Below the pieces are notes generated by a model. That model did not search any database, was not told the origin of the DNA, and was given only the letters and a program-made list of their open reading frames with translations. DNA of 39,065 nt from Candidatus Azambacteria bacterium. GTDB taxonomy: Bacteria; Patescibacteriota; Minisyncoccia; UBA10092. A program made the position numbers and the translations under genes. The DNA is taken from the NCBI GenBank assembly GCA_003455995.1, contig DMPO01000011.1, positions 1-39,065 on the forward strand. Direction: 5' to 3'. Shown here in pieces: positions 9,079-17,010 of this stretch (position 1 is the stretch's first letter; every line of letters starts with the position of its first letter).

Positions 9079-9966
9079 TTATTTTTGATAGGTCACTTCT
9101 CTTTTTACTTTATTAAATAGATCGTCATTAATATTAGATTCTATTAACGGCAAAAATGATTTATTAATTTCATAAATTATTGAATTTCGTTTTTCTTGAA
9201 TTGCCGCTCTTGCAGTTGTCCCCATCCCACCAAATGGATCTAAAACTGTTTCCGTTATATAAGAATAAGCCTTTATAAGTTTACTCGGCAATTCAATAGG
9301 AAATGGAGCCAAATGTTCCCTTGTCCCGCTTTTATAGGGTTTCATTAACCAAACATCGGAATTTTTTAACGACAACCAAAAATCTTTACTTATTTTTGAA
9401 GCTTCTTTGGTTTCTTTCGAGAGATGATCATATTTTGAACCATTTCCATTAGGTTTTTCAAATTCCAAAATTTGTTCGTGCATATTATTTATTAAAATTC
9501 CTCCTGGGTATGGATAAGTGCCAAAATGCGCACGAACACCATTAGTTTTGTGCCAAATGATTTCTCTTTTAAAAATAAATCCTAAATCCTCGCACATATC
9601 TATTGTATGACCAACAATATTCAGGGTTTTAAAAACATCTTTACCGTTTGATTTTAGGGGCAAATTCATTATATTGATAAACAATCTTCTGCCGGGTTGT
9701 AAAACCCTTAAACATTCACTCCAAACTTTTTTTATTTCATCTTTCCATTGTTCATAATCATTAATATTACCTATGTCTTTCCCGGAAAAATCATCGCTGT
9801 ATGTTTTAGCATTAAAATATGGCGGCGAAGTAACAATGAGATGAACGCTATTATTAGAGATTCCTTTCATTTCGCGGCTATCGCCAATAATAATTTTTGT
9901 TGAAAGTTTTATATCTATAAAATTTTCAACATGATCGTTATGGAGAATTGATGTTGGTTTATTCAT
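9079..9966 (-). CDS. site-specific DNA methyltransferase (N4-C/N6-A family, beta arrangement)
   Basis: VTSPPY catalytic motif near the N terminus, IIWHK, HLAPFP, VLDPFGGMGTT SAM-binding motif near the C terminus. Confidence 0.93.
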   Translation of the reverse strand: MNKPTSILHNDHVENFIDIKLSTKIIIGDSREMKGISNNSVHLIVTSPPYFNAKTYSDDFSGKDIGNINDYEQWKDEIKKVWSECLRVLQPGRRLFINIMNLPLKSNGKDVFKTLNIVGHTIDMCEDLGFIFKREIIWHKTNGVRAHFGTYPYPGGILINNMHEQILEFEKPNGNGSKYDHLSKETKEASKISKDFWLSLKNSDVWLMKPYKSGTREHLAPFPIELPSKLIKAYSYITETVLDPFGGMGTTARAAIQEKRNSIIYEINKSFLPLIESNINDDLFNKVKREVTYQK

Positions 9967-10822
9967 GTTCTGATTTTATCTTACCTCTCAAGGTTCTTAA
10001 TTCATTCAAAAATTTCTTGCTCTCTTCAGATTTCGGCGAAACGCCATGCCATTTATAGTCAAATTCCATTTCCGGAATCCCCTTCCCAGGAATTGTATGG
10101 GCAATGATCACCGTGGGTTTTTCGTAAATCGCCTTGGCTTCCTCAATCGCATCGATAAATTCTTCTACATTGTGGCCGTCAACTTCCAAAACATGCCAGT
10201 TAAACGTTTCATATTTGGCGCGTAACGGTTCCAACGGCATCACGGTTTCGGTAAATCCGCTGATTTGAATATTGTTGCGGTCGATAATGCCCGTCAAATT
10301 ACTCAATTTACTGCTTCCCGCAAACATCGCCGATTCCCACAAATTTCCCGACTGATGTTCGGCATCCGACATGGCGCAATAGATTCTGAATTTTTTTCCG
10401 TCCATCCGCGCGCCATAGGCGATGCCCGCCGCCTCTCCCAATCCGGAACCGAGCGGCCCCGATGTTGTTTCAACTCCGGGCAATGAACTTCTTTCCGGAT
10501 GACCTTGTAGCCGCGAACCAAATTTTCTTAGCGTATTCAATTCTTCAACCGGAAAATATCCGGAATGTGCCATCGCCGCGTACCGCGCCGGACAAATATG
10601 GCCATTAGATAAAATCAGACGGTCGCGTTCCGGCCAGTCGGGATTTTTGGGGTCATGATTTAAGATGTGAAAATAAAAGGCGGTAAAAATATCGGCCATT
10701 CCCAAAGATCCGGCGGTATGGCCGGAACCGGCCGCCACCAACATTTCAATGATTGACTGGCGAATAAAATTCGCCGTCAATTCCAATTCTTTTACTTTGT
10801 CGTCATGAATATAATCGGACAT
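9959..10822 (-). CDS. transketolase, N-terminal subunit
   Basis: SGHTAGSLG, RDRLILSNGH, LQGHP, SGPLGSGL, SDAE...IDRN ThDP motif, TIPGKG. Confidence 0.94.
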   Translation of the reverse strand: MSDYIHDDKVKELELTANFIRQSIIEMLVAAGSGHTAGSLGMADIFTAFYFHILNHDPKNPDWPERDRLILSNGHICPARYAAMAHSGYFPVEELNTLRKFGSRLQGHPERSSLPGVETTSGPLGSGLGEAAGIAYGARMDGKKFRIYCAMSDAEHQSGNLWESAMFAGSSKLSNLTGIIDRNNIQISGFTETVMPLEPLRAKYETFNWHVLEVDGHNVEEFIDAIEEAKAIYEKPTVIIAHTIPGKGIPEMEFDYKWHGVSPKSEESKKFLNELRTLRGKIKSEHE

Positions 10823-11480
10823 GTTTTAATTCTTGAATGGCCGCGCGAATGTCCGGTGATTTTAAAATTCCGGAACCGATAACGAAAACATCCGCGCCGG
10901 CCTTTTTTAACTCTACGATATTCGCCAATCCAACGCCGCCATCTACCTCAATTTTAACATTCGGGAAATTCTGGCGCAATGATTTTATTTTGTCCAAGAC
11001 CTCGGGAATAAATTCCTGTCCGCCTCTCCCCGGATGGACTCCCAAAAACACCGCCATATCGACGGCGTCAAGCCACGGCTCAATCATTACATTCGCCGTC
11101 TCGGGGTTTAACGCCAAGCCGATTTCAATGTTTTTTTCGCGGCAAACATCCAAAAATTCATCCATATTTTCCACCGCTTCTATGTGCGCGATAATTCTTT
11201 TCGGACCGAGCCGCGCCCATTCGCCGATGGTTTTCTCCGGCCTATCAAGCATTAAATGGAATTCGACACTTGCTTTTTCAGTAAAATATTTTAAATCGGT
11301 CAACTCTACATTGGTTTTAGTCGAGACGAATTTACCGTCGGTAATGTCAATTTGAACCCAATTATCAAACTCGCTTAAAAACGGTTGAAGTTTTTCAAAC
11401 TTTAATTTCAATTCCTCAAAATCGTTTGTCGAATCCTCGTCGGATGTAATTAAAGCGGGAATAATTTGATTTGTATTCAT
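10803..11480 (-). CDS. rpe: ribulose-phosphate 3-epimerase
   Basis: IDITDGKFV, FHLM, ALNPET, VHPGRGGQEF, EVDGG, GADVFVIGS. Confidence 0.93.
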   Translation of the reverse strand: MNTNQIIPALITSDEDSTNDFEELKLKFEKLQPFLSEFDNWVQIDITDGKFVSTKTNVELTDLKYFTEKASVEFHLMLDRPEKTIGEWARLGPKRIIAHIEAVENMDEFLDVCREKNIEIGLALNPETANVMIEPWLDAVDMAVFLGVHPGRGGQEFIPEVLDKIKSLRQNFPNVKIEVDGGVGLANIVELKKAGADVFVIGSGILKSPDIRAAIQELKHVRLYS

Positions 11481-11529
11481 ACAATTAACGCATGTTATTT
11501 ATCCTTATTTTAAGCCATTTTTTCAGCTA

Positions 11530-11557
11530 TTGACAAATTCTGTGGATTTGCTATACT
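11530..11557 (+). promoter_or_regulatory. sigma70-type promoter with no downstream + strand protein gene
   Basis: TTGACA (11530-11535), 16-bp spacer, extended -10 TGcTATACT (TATACT at 11552-11557). Confidence 0.65.
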
Positions 11558-11561
11558 TATG

Positions 11562-11694
11562 GTGCAAGCTGGTACAGGCGGTGGATGGCTACAAGTCAGT
11601 GCTGGACCAACCCCATAGCACTGCCACCTAAATGTGTTTCCCCAAAAAGGGAGCTTGCGCGGCACCTGGAGAGTGGGTCTCTGGGTGTTTTTTT
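11562..11694 (+). ncRNA. candidate structured small RNA, family not recognised
   Basis: Closing stem GTGCAAGCT/AGCTTGCGC, inner stems GGTGG/CCACC and CAGTGCT/AGCACTG, then a terminator hairpin with T7. Confidence 0.5.
11663..11694 (+). terminator. intrinsic terminator
   Basis: CACCTGGAGA-GTGGG-TCTCTGGGTG stem (2 G-U pairs, favouring the + strand) followed by TTTTTTT. Confidence 0.7.
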
Positions 11695-11717
11695 ACCCTC
11701 ACGCATAATGACACCTT

Positions 11718-13067
11718 TTATACTTCTTTCCTTAATATTTCTCGAACTACAACTCGGTCGTCCCAAAGAAAACGTTTTCCGCCGATGACGATTGATTGTT
11801 CAGAACCTTTCCCCGTTATTAATACTACATCATTTTTACTTGCCAAAGAAAGCGCTTTTTTAATTCCTTCGCGCCGATCTTCAATTACAAATAAATTTTG
11901 TTCACGAATTTTTCCAAATTTTTCCGCCGCGCTGGCGATATCCTCGCAAATTTCTCTCGGATCGTCTTCATATGGATCCACATTGGAAATAACGACAAAA
12001 TCGGCCTTTTGGCCCGCGATCTCGCCCAGCGCGGGTCTTTTGGCTTTATCCCTTCCGCCACCTTCGGAGCCAAGAAGCAGAATTACCTTGGGCTCATGTC
12101 CCTTCGCCTCAACGGCGGGCAATATCGGCACGGGGACGGTCAAATCCCGCGCCGTATCCAATATCGCGGTCATCCCCTCTCTCTCATGGGCGTAATCGAC
12201 AAAAACCAAAAAATTCTGGCTTTCATCGATTTTTTCCATTCTGCCGGGAATGTTTTTTAAATTTTGCAATCCTTTCTTTATGGTCTCCGGCATAATCCCA
12301 AATTCCAAACCGATAACTATCGCCGGCAGAGCGTTGTAGACATTAAAATTGCCCAGAATATTTATTGCGTATCGATCCGCGCCGACAAAAAATTCCAAAC
12401 CCGCTGGCGTATTTTTAATGGCATGCGCCTTGAAATCGACGCCATCGGACAACCCGAATGTTAACTTTTTGTCGGCGCGAAAACTCAAAAAATAATCCTT
12501 GTGCGGGTCATCGCCATTGGCAATAATAATTTTTGATATTTTTTTACTACCGATGATTTTCTCGGCACCTTCAAACAAGGCCAAAAACATTTTTCCTTTG
12601 GCGATTTTATATTTCTCAAAACTGCCCCCATGAGATTGAAGGTGTTCCGGATACAAGTTCGTAAAAACCGCGATATCATAAAAAATCCCGCTATGCCGCC
12701 ATTGTTTTATGCCCTCCGATGTCGTTTCCACAACGCAATGCGTGCAGCCTGCGTTAAGCATTTTTTTTAAAATCCCCTGCAGAATAAATCTTCCTGGCAT
12801 GGTCATGTGATATTTATTGGGCGTCTCCGCATCTCCGATCCGGATATTGGCGGTGCCGACCAACCCCGTTTTATGACCTCCCGCGCTCAAAACCGACCAA
12901 ATAAAATTTGCGGCGGAGGTCTTGCCTTTGGTGCCGGTTATCCCGATAACAATCATTTTCTTCGATGGGCAACCGTAGTAGACGGCCGCCGAAACGGCCA
13001 TGCAAAAATGATAAAAAGAAATAATTTGCTTCGGTATTAATGTTCTTATTTGCGATTTGATGCCCAT
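11718..13067 (-). CDS. murE: UDP-N-acetylmuramoyl-tripeptide synthetase (Mur ligase)
   Basis: GITGTKGKTS, VETTSEG, FTNLYPEHL, PGRME, VDYAH, GGRDKAKR, DRREGI, GKGSE. Confidence 0.9.
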   Translation of the reverse strand: MGIKSQIRTLIPKQIISFYHFCMAVSAAVYYGCPSKKMIVIGITGTKGKTSAANFIWSVLSAGGHKTGLVGTANIRIGDAETPNKYHMTMPGRFILQGILKKMLNAGCTHCVVETTSEGIKQWRHSGIFYDIAVFTNLYPEHLQSHGGSFEKYKIAKGKMFLALFEGAEKIIGSKKISKIIIANGDDPHKDYFLSFRADKKLTFGLSDGVDFKAHAIKNTPAGLEFFVGADRYAINILGNFNVYNALPAIVIGLEFGIMPETIKKGLQNLKNIPGRMEKIDESQNFLVFVDYAHEREGMTAILDTARDLTVPVPILPAVEAKGHEPKVILLLGSEGGGRDKAKRPALGEIAGQKADFVVISNVDPYEDDPREICEDIASAAEKFGKIREQNLFVIEDRREGIKKALSLASKNDVVLITGKGSEQSIVIGGKRFLWDDRVVVREILRKEV

Positions 13068-14077
13068 TTTCTTAAATTATACAGCCGATACCATATCGGC
13101 TTTAATATTAAATCATGAGAATCCTGATGTGCCATCACTTGTCCGCCAAAACTCTTTTTGAATTCCGTTATCCCTTTATAGGATTCATAATTATCGCCGG
13201 AACTGACGCCTCCGAAATTATAAAATTTACAGCCGCGATTTTTGGCCTCAATAATCCCCCGCCAATGCAACAGGCGCGACGCTCTTAATTGTTTGAACGC
13301 ATCGTCGAACCCGCCAAAAATAGAGTAAGCCGTTTCTCCAAAAATCAACAGGAGATGCGTCGCGAAAAATTTATTGTCGTATTTTGCCAGCGTTAAAAAA
13401 GCGTTTTTGTTTTTTTCGCAATCGGCAAAAATATTTCGGTAATAACTTTTCGGATGGAGAGAAAAATTATTTCGCTTGGCGGTTTTGGAAAGCAGTCCGT
13501 AAAAATCTTCAAAATATTCGCATAGCCCGCTATCGACAATTTTGACCGTCACACCTTTATTTTCCGCCAATCGAATGTCATAACGGCCCTTTTGAGACAT
13601 GTCGTTAAGTAATTCGCTTTCCGGTTTGTTAATACCCAAAACCCATTCGTATTTCGGTTGGAAATAAACGGAACGATAACCGTATGAAGGAACTCTTGTA
13701 AAATGCTCATCTAAAATTTTTTCATCGCCAAAAAAATCAAATCTAACAAAAATCGCGTTTTCCGCTTTGGCAATTTCGACTAATTTATCGTGAAATGTTT
13801 TTAAAAATTCCGCTCGCCATTCGTAATCCCGCTTTGCGGAACGAAGAAGAGGCGCGTGCGGAATGTAAATTATATTTTGGCCGAACGGCAACAGATATTT
13901 GATAAATTGAAAAAAACCGACCGCTTCTGAATTATTCAGTATCGCGAATCTCCCGACCTTCCGACCCATTGCTTCCTGCCATTCGCCATAAAACCACGCT
14001 TGCGTAAATGACGCGTTTTTATCAATCGATAACGGATTATAGTCGTTGCTATTCGTGATTTCTCTTATTTCAATCAT
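13046..14077 (-). CDS. FemABX-family peptidoglycan interpeptide bridge aminoacyltransferase
   Basis: FTQAWFYG, RYDIRLAENKGV, YNFGG, GITEFKKSFGG; ATG at 14077. Confidence 0.88.
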   Translation of the reverse strand: MIEIREITNSNDYNPLSIDKNASFTQAWFYGEWQEAMGRKVGRFAILNNSEAVGFFQFIKYLLPFGQNIIYIPHAPLLRSAKRDYEWRAEFLKTFHDKLVEIAKAENAIFVRFDFFGDEKILDEHFTRVPSYGYRSVYFQPKYEWVLGINKPESELLNDMSQKGRYDIRLAENKGVTVKIVDSGLCEYFEDFYGLLSKTAKRNNFSLHPKSYYRNIFADCEKNKNAFLTLAKYDNKFFATHLLLIFGETAYSIFGGFDDAFKQLRASRLLHWRGIIEAKNRGCKFYNFGGVSSGDNYESYKGITEFKKSFGGQVMAHQDSHDLILKPIWYRLYNLRKWASNRK

Positions 14078-14111
14078 TGTGATTATAATACGCGAATTTC
14101 GGCTCAAAAAC

Positions 14112-14147
14112 AAATCAAAAACCCCGCAACCGCGGGGTTTTTGATTT
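14112..14147 (-). terminator. intrinsic terminator after the RRM gene
   Basis: Perfect 16-bp inverted repeat AAATCAAAAACCCCGC/GCGGGGTTTTTGATTT, 4-nt loop. Confidence 0.8.
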
Positions 14148-14152
14148 TAGAA

Positions 14153-14431
14153 TTAATACCGATTCTCTCGTCTCGGTCTTTCTTCCATTGGTCGCGCTTC
14201 ATTCACTGTGAGCGCGCGGCCATCCAGCTCTTTGCCATTAAACATTTCGATTGCCTTTTGAGCTTCTTCATCCGTGGACATCTCCACGAAGCCGAATCCC
14301 TTTGATCTGCCGGACATTTTATCTTTTATGATAATAGCCGAATCAACGGAACCTGCGGCGGAAAAAGTATCTTTCAAGGTATCCTCTGTCATGTTGTACG
14401 ACAAATTGCCTACATATAACTTTTTAGCCAT
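14153..14431 (-). CDS. single-domain RRM RNA-binding protein
   Basis: KLYVGNL (RNP2), KGFGFVEM (RNP1), LTVNEARP. Confidence 0.95.
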   Translation of the reverse strand: MAKKLYVGNLSYNMTEDTLKDTFSAAGSVDSAIIIKDKMSGRSKGFGFVEMSTDEEAQKAIEMFNGKELDGRALTVNEARPMEERPRRENRY

Positions 14432-14535
14432 TTGTTTTCTTTGCTTTTTTAATTCGTAAGACGACCTCTCTTTAAGTTCGTCCTACGTTTTTTAACGCAA
14501 GAACCGCAACTTATGCGAGAAAACTTACTATCGCC

Positions 14536-14564
14536 AGTGTACACTATGTCTAATGAAAAGTCAA
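14536..14564 (-). promoter_or_regulatory. promoter for the RRM gene (about 100-nt leader)
   Basis: Minus strand TTGACT, 17-bp spacer, TACACT. Confidence 0.55.
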
Positions 14565-14581
14565 CAAAAAAACAATCCCGC

Positions 14582-14722
14582 TTAGGATGTCGCCGGCTCT
14601 TCTTCGCTTTGCGCCTCGGAATGATCCTCGGCGCCCGCCTCTGTCTTTTCGGTCATTTCACTTTCGCAGCAGTTCTCTTTTTCATCCGCTTCCCTGCCGC
14701 AAGATACGCATTTGTATGCCAT
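14582..14722 (-). CDS. 46-aa Cys-rich acidic protein (not in the ORF track)
   Basis: MAYKCVSCGREADEKENCCESEMTEKTEAGAEDHSEAQSEEEPATS*; CxxC-x9-CC; co-oriented with neighbours, A-rich leader. Confidence 0.65.
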   Translation of the reverse strand: MAYKCVSCGREADEKENCCESEMTEKTEAGAEDHSEAQSEEEPATS

Positions 14723-14902
14723 TTTTTTATTTTCAATTACTTGCAATTATACACAGCGGCTTACGACTATTACCACTGTTTTGAGTGTAGCAAATTTATT
14801 CCAATTTGTCAACATTTGCAAACTAACCTGTTTTGTGTTAAAATAGACACCGGTGAATAAAAGTGTGGTATTTTAACAATTTTGACTAAGAAAGGAGAGG
14901 GT

Positions 14903-15307
14903 ATGAAAATGGCGGAAAAAACAATTTTAATAGCGGATGACGATATGGGTATGCGGGAATTGCTCGCATATTTAATCAAAAAAATTTTGCCTGATATAAG
15001 TATCATTCAGGCGAGAAACGGCAAGGAAGCGGCGGATAAGTTGGAGGAATTCTCCCAAGCTGATTCCCTGCCAGATACCGTTTTGACCGACTTCGATATG
15101 CCCGTGATGAACGGGTTGGAATTGTTAAAATTTATCCGGAATCATTCCGACCCGCGAATCAAAAATCTGCGGGTAGTTATGCTGACAGGAAGCGCAACTC
15201 GGCGCCTGCAAATAGCGACAGAGGAGTTAAACTGTCGATTGCTTGAGAAACCGATGCGCCTTGAAGACCTGCGGGCGATTATATCGTCCGAGTTGACCAA
15301 AAAATAA
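14903..15307 (+). CDS. stand-alone response regulator receiver (CheY-like)
   Basis: ILIADDD, LTDFDMPVMNGLELL (phospho-Asp), VVMLTG, EKP; SD AAGGAG at 14892-14897. Confidence 0.9.
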   Translation: MKMAEKTILIADDDMGMRELLAYLIKKILPDISIIQARNGKEAADKLEEFSQADSLPDTVLTDFDMPVMNGLELLKFIRNHSDPRIKNLRVVMLTGSATRRLQIATEELNCRLLEKPMRLEDLRAIISSELTKK

Positions 15308-15316
15308 CCAGATATC

Positions 15317-15352
15317 GCCCCGCCAGGTTTTCGGACCGCGCGGGGCTTTTTT
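15317..15352 (+). terminator. intrinsic terminator after the receiver gene
   Basis: GCCCCGC...GCGGGGC stem followed by a T run. Confidence 0.65.
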
Positions 15353-15364
15353 ATTTTCAAAAAA

Positions 15365-15441
15365 CCATTACGGAGAGGGCGGGAGTCTCAACCTACGGTT
15401 GATGACCCGCTGGGTCAGAACCCATTACGGAAAGGGCGAGA
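15365..15441. repeat. 20-bp direct repeat of the tRNA-Ser 3' end enclosing a 30-bp twin hairpin
   Basis: 15365-15384 vs 15422-15441 match 18/20; TCAACC-TAC-GGTTGA TGACCC-GCT-GGGTCA at 15388-15417. Confidence 0.7.
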
Positions 15442-15514
15442 TTCGAACTCGCGGTGCCATTTCTGGCACACAGTCTTTCCAGGACTGCCGTTTAAACCAC
15501 TCACGCACCTTTCC
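15428..15514 (-). tRNA. tRNA-Ser(GGA)
   Basis: Reverse complement GGAAAGGTGCGTGAGTGGTTTAAACGG-CAGTC-CTGGAAA-GACTG, long variable arm, GCGAGTTCGAATCTCGC-CCTTTCCG. Confidence 0.95.
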
Positions 15515-15521
15515 AAATTTT

Positions 15522-16424
15522 TTAAATTTTTAATCCCCTCAACGCCGCGATTCTTTCCTCCACCGGCGGATGAGTCATAAATAATTTTACCATCCAATTG
15601 GCTTTTTGCTTTCCTTTGAATGGGTCTTCAAAATACAAATGGGCGGTGGCGTTGTTGGCGGTTTTTAAGGGAGTCGGATCGGCGGAAATTTTCATCAAGG
15701 CGCTGGCCAAACCGTCGGGATAGCGCGTCAACAGCGCGCCGGTGGCATCGGCCAGAAATTCCCTTTTGCGCGACACGCTCAATTGTATTAAAGTGGCTGC
15801 CAAGGGCGCCAACAACGCCACCGCGACGCCGACGGCGAAAAGAACGGCATTGCCGCGGGAATCGTTGTTATCGCGATTGCCGCCGCCAAACCAAGTCCAG
15901 CGCATAAACATATTGGATAACATAGCGACAAAGCCCGCCAAAACCACTATCACCGTCATAACCAAAATATCTTTATTGCCGATGTGCGATAATTCATGGG
16001 CCAAAACGCCCTCCAGTTCCGACCTGTCCAATCTTTCCAACAGGCCGCGCGTAACAGCGATAACGGCATGCTCGGCGTTTCTTCCGGCGGCGAAAGCGTT
16101 TGGCTGTTGCTCATTGATCAAATAAATTCTCGGTTTTGGCAAGCCGGCGGCGATGGCCAAATTTTCAACGATTCTATACAACTCCGGATTTTGATCAAAT
16201 GGCGTCTCCTTGGCTCTCGCCATGGTTAAAGCGATTTTATCCGAAAACCAATAGGCCGAAATATTCATCGCCAGCGACAGAAAAATCGCCAAAAAAAGTA
16301 TTTCCGGCGCGCCCAGTAGATTGGCAAAAAACCAGCCCAAAAAAATTATAAACACCAAAAACCCCGTCATTAGAATCCAGGTTTTTCTGACATTGGCCGA
16401 CTGATTGGCGTAAAGCGTCGGCAT
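15522..16424 (-). CDS. htpX: M48 zinc metalloprotease HtpX
   Basis: PNAFA, LAHELSH (HExxH), SRKREFLAD, THPP; membrane segments. Confidence 0.95.
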   Translation of the reverse strand: MPTLYANQSANVRKTWILMTGFLVFIIFLGWFFANLLGAPEILFLAIFLSLAMNISAYWFSDKIALTMARAKETPFDQNPELYRIVENLAIAAGLPKPRIYLINEQQPNAFAAGRNAEHAVIAVTRGLLERLDRSELEGVLAHELSHIGNKDILVMTVIVVLAGFVAMLSNMFMRWTWFGGGNRDNNDSRGNAVLFAVGVAVALLAPLAATLIQLSVSRKREFLADATGALLTRYPDGLASALMKISADPTPLKTANNATAHLYFEDPFKGKQKANWMVKLFMTHPPVEERIAALRGLKI

Positions 16425-16429
16425 AAATT

Positions 16430-16984
16430 TTAAAACTTAACTTTGACCGGTTCTCTTTCTCCGGCTTCGTTCAATTCGAAAAATTCTTGTTTCTTGTAAT
16501 TGAAAACTCCCGCGATTAAATTTGCCGGAAATGAATCAACCAGAATATTGAAATCCCTGACATTGGAATTAAAAAATCTTCTGGCCGCTTGGATTTTATT
16601 TTCGGTATCCGCCAATTCTCTCTGCAATTCCAAAAAATTAACATTGGCTTTTAATTCCGGATAATTTTCGGAAACCGCGAAAAGGGTTTTCAAAGTACCG
16701 CTCAAGATATTTTCCTGCTCCGCCTTTTCCTTGGCGCTGGTTACCCCCATAGCTCGGGTTCGCGCTTCCGTAACTTTTTCGAACACCTGACTTTCGTGGG
16801 TCATATAGCCCTTGACGGTTTCAATTAAATTGGGGATTAAATCGTATCTTCGCTTTAACTGGACATCAATATCCGACCACGCCTCTTTGATTCTGGTATT
16901 AAATACGACAAAGCGATTGTAGGCAAACACAATCCAAAGAACTAAGACCGCGATAACTCCCAACACTATATATAAAGTAGTCAT
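16430..16984 (-). CDS. lemA: LemA family protein
   Basis: N-terminal TM, IDVQLKRRYDLIPNL, ENYPELKAN, ENKIQAARR. Confidence 0.95.
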   Translation of the reverse strand: MTTLYIVLGVIAVLVLWIVFAYNRFVVFNTRIKEAWSDIDVQLKRRYDLIPNLIETVKGYMTHESQVFEKVTEARTRAMGVTSAKEKAEQENILSGTLKTLFAVSENYPELKANVNFLELQRELADTENKIQAARRFFNSNVRDFNILVDSFPANLIAGVFNYKKQEFFELNEAGEREPVKVKF

Positions 16985-17010
16985 ATTTTTGTTATGTTAA
17001 TTTTCTTCCA

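Noticed and set aside
11585-12195. + strand ORFs 11585-11788 and 11632-12195
   Set aside because: They run through a clear terminator and antisense into murE, with no recognisable motifs.
14513-14860. 115-aa and 65-aa + strand ORFs
   Set aside because: Low-plausibility composition; they overlap the better-supported 46-aa minus-strand ORF, and the longer one also overlaps the RRM promoter.
15365-15514. Prophage or integrative element at tRNA-Ser
   Set aside because: The duplicated ends are only 57 bp apart and there is no integrase or phage gene; kept only as a scar-like finding.
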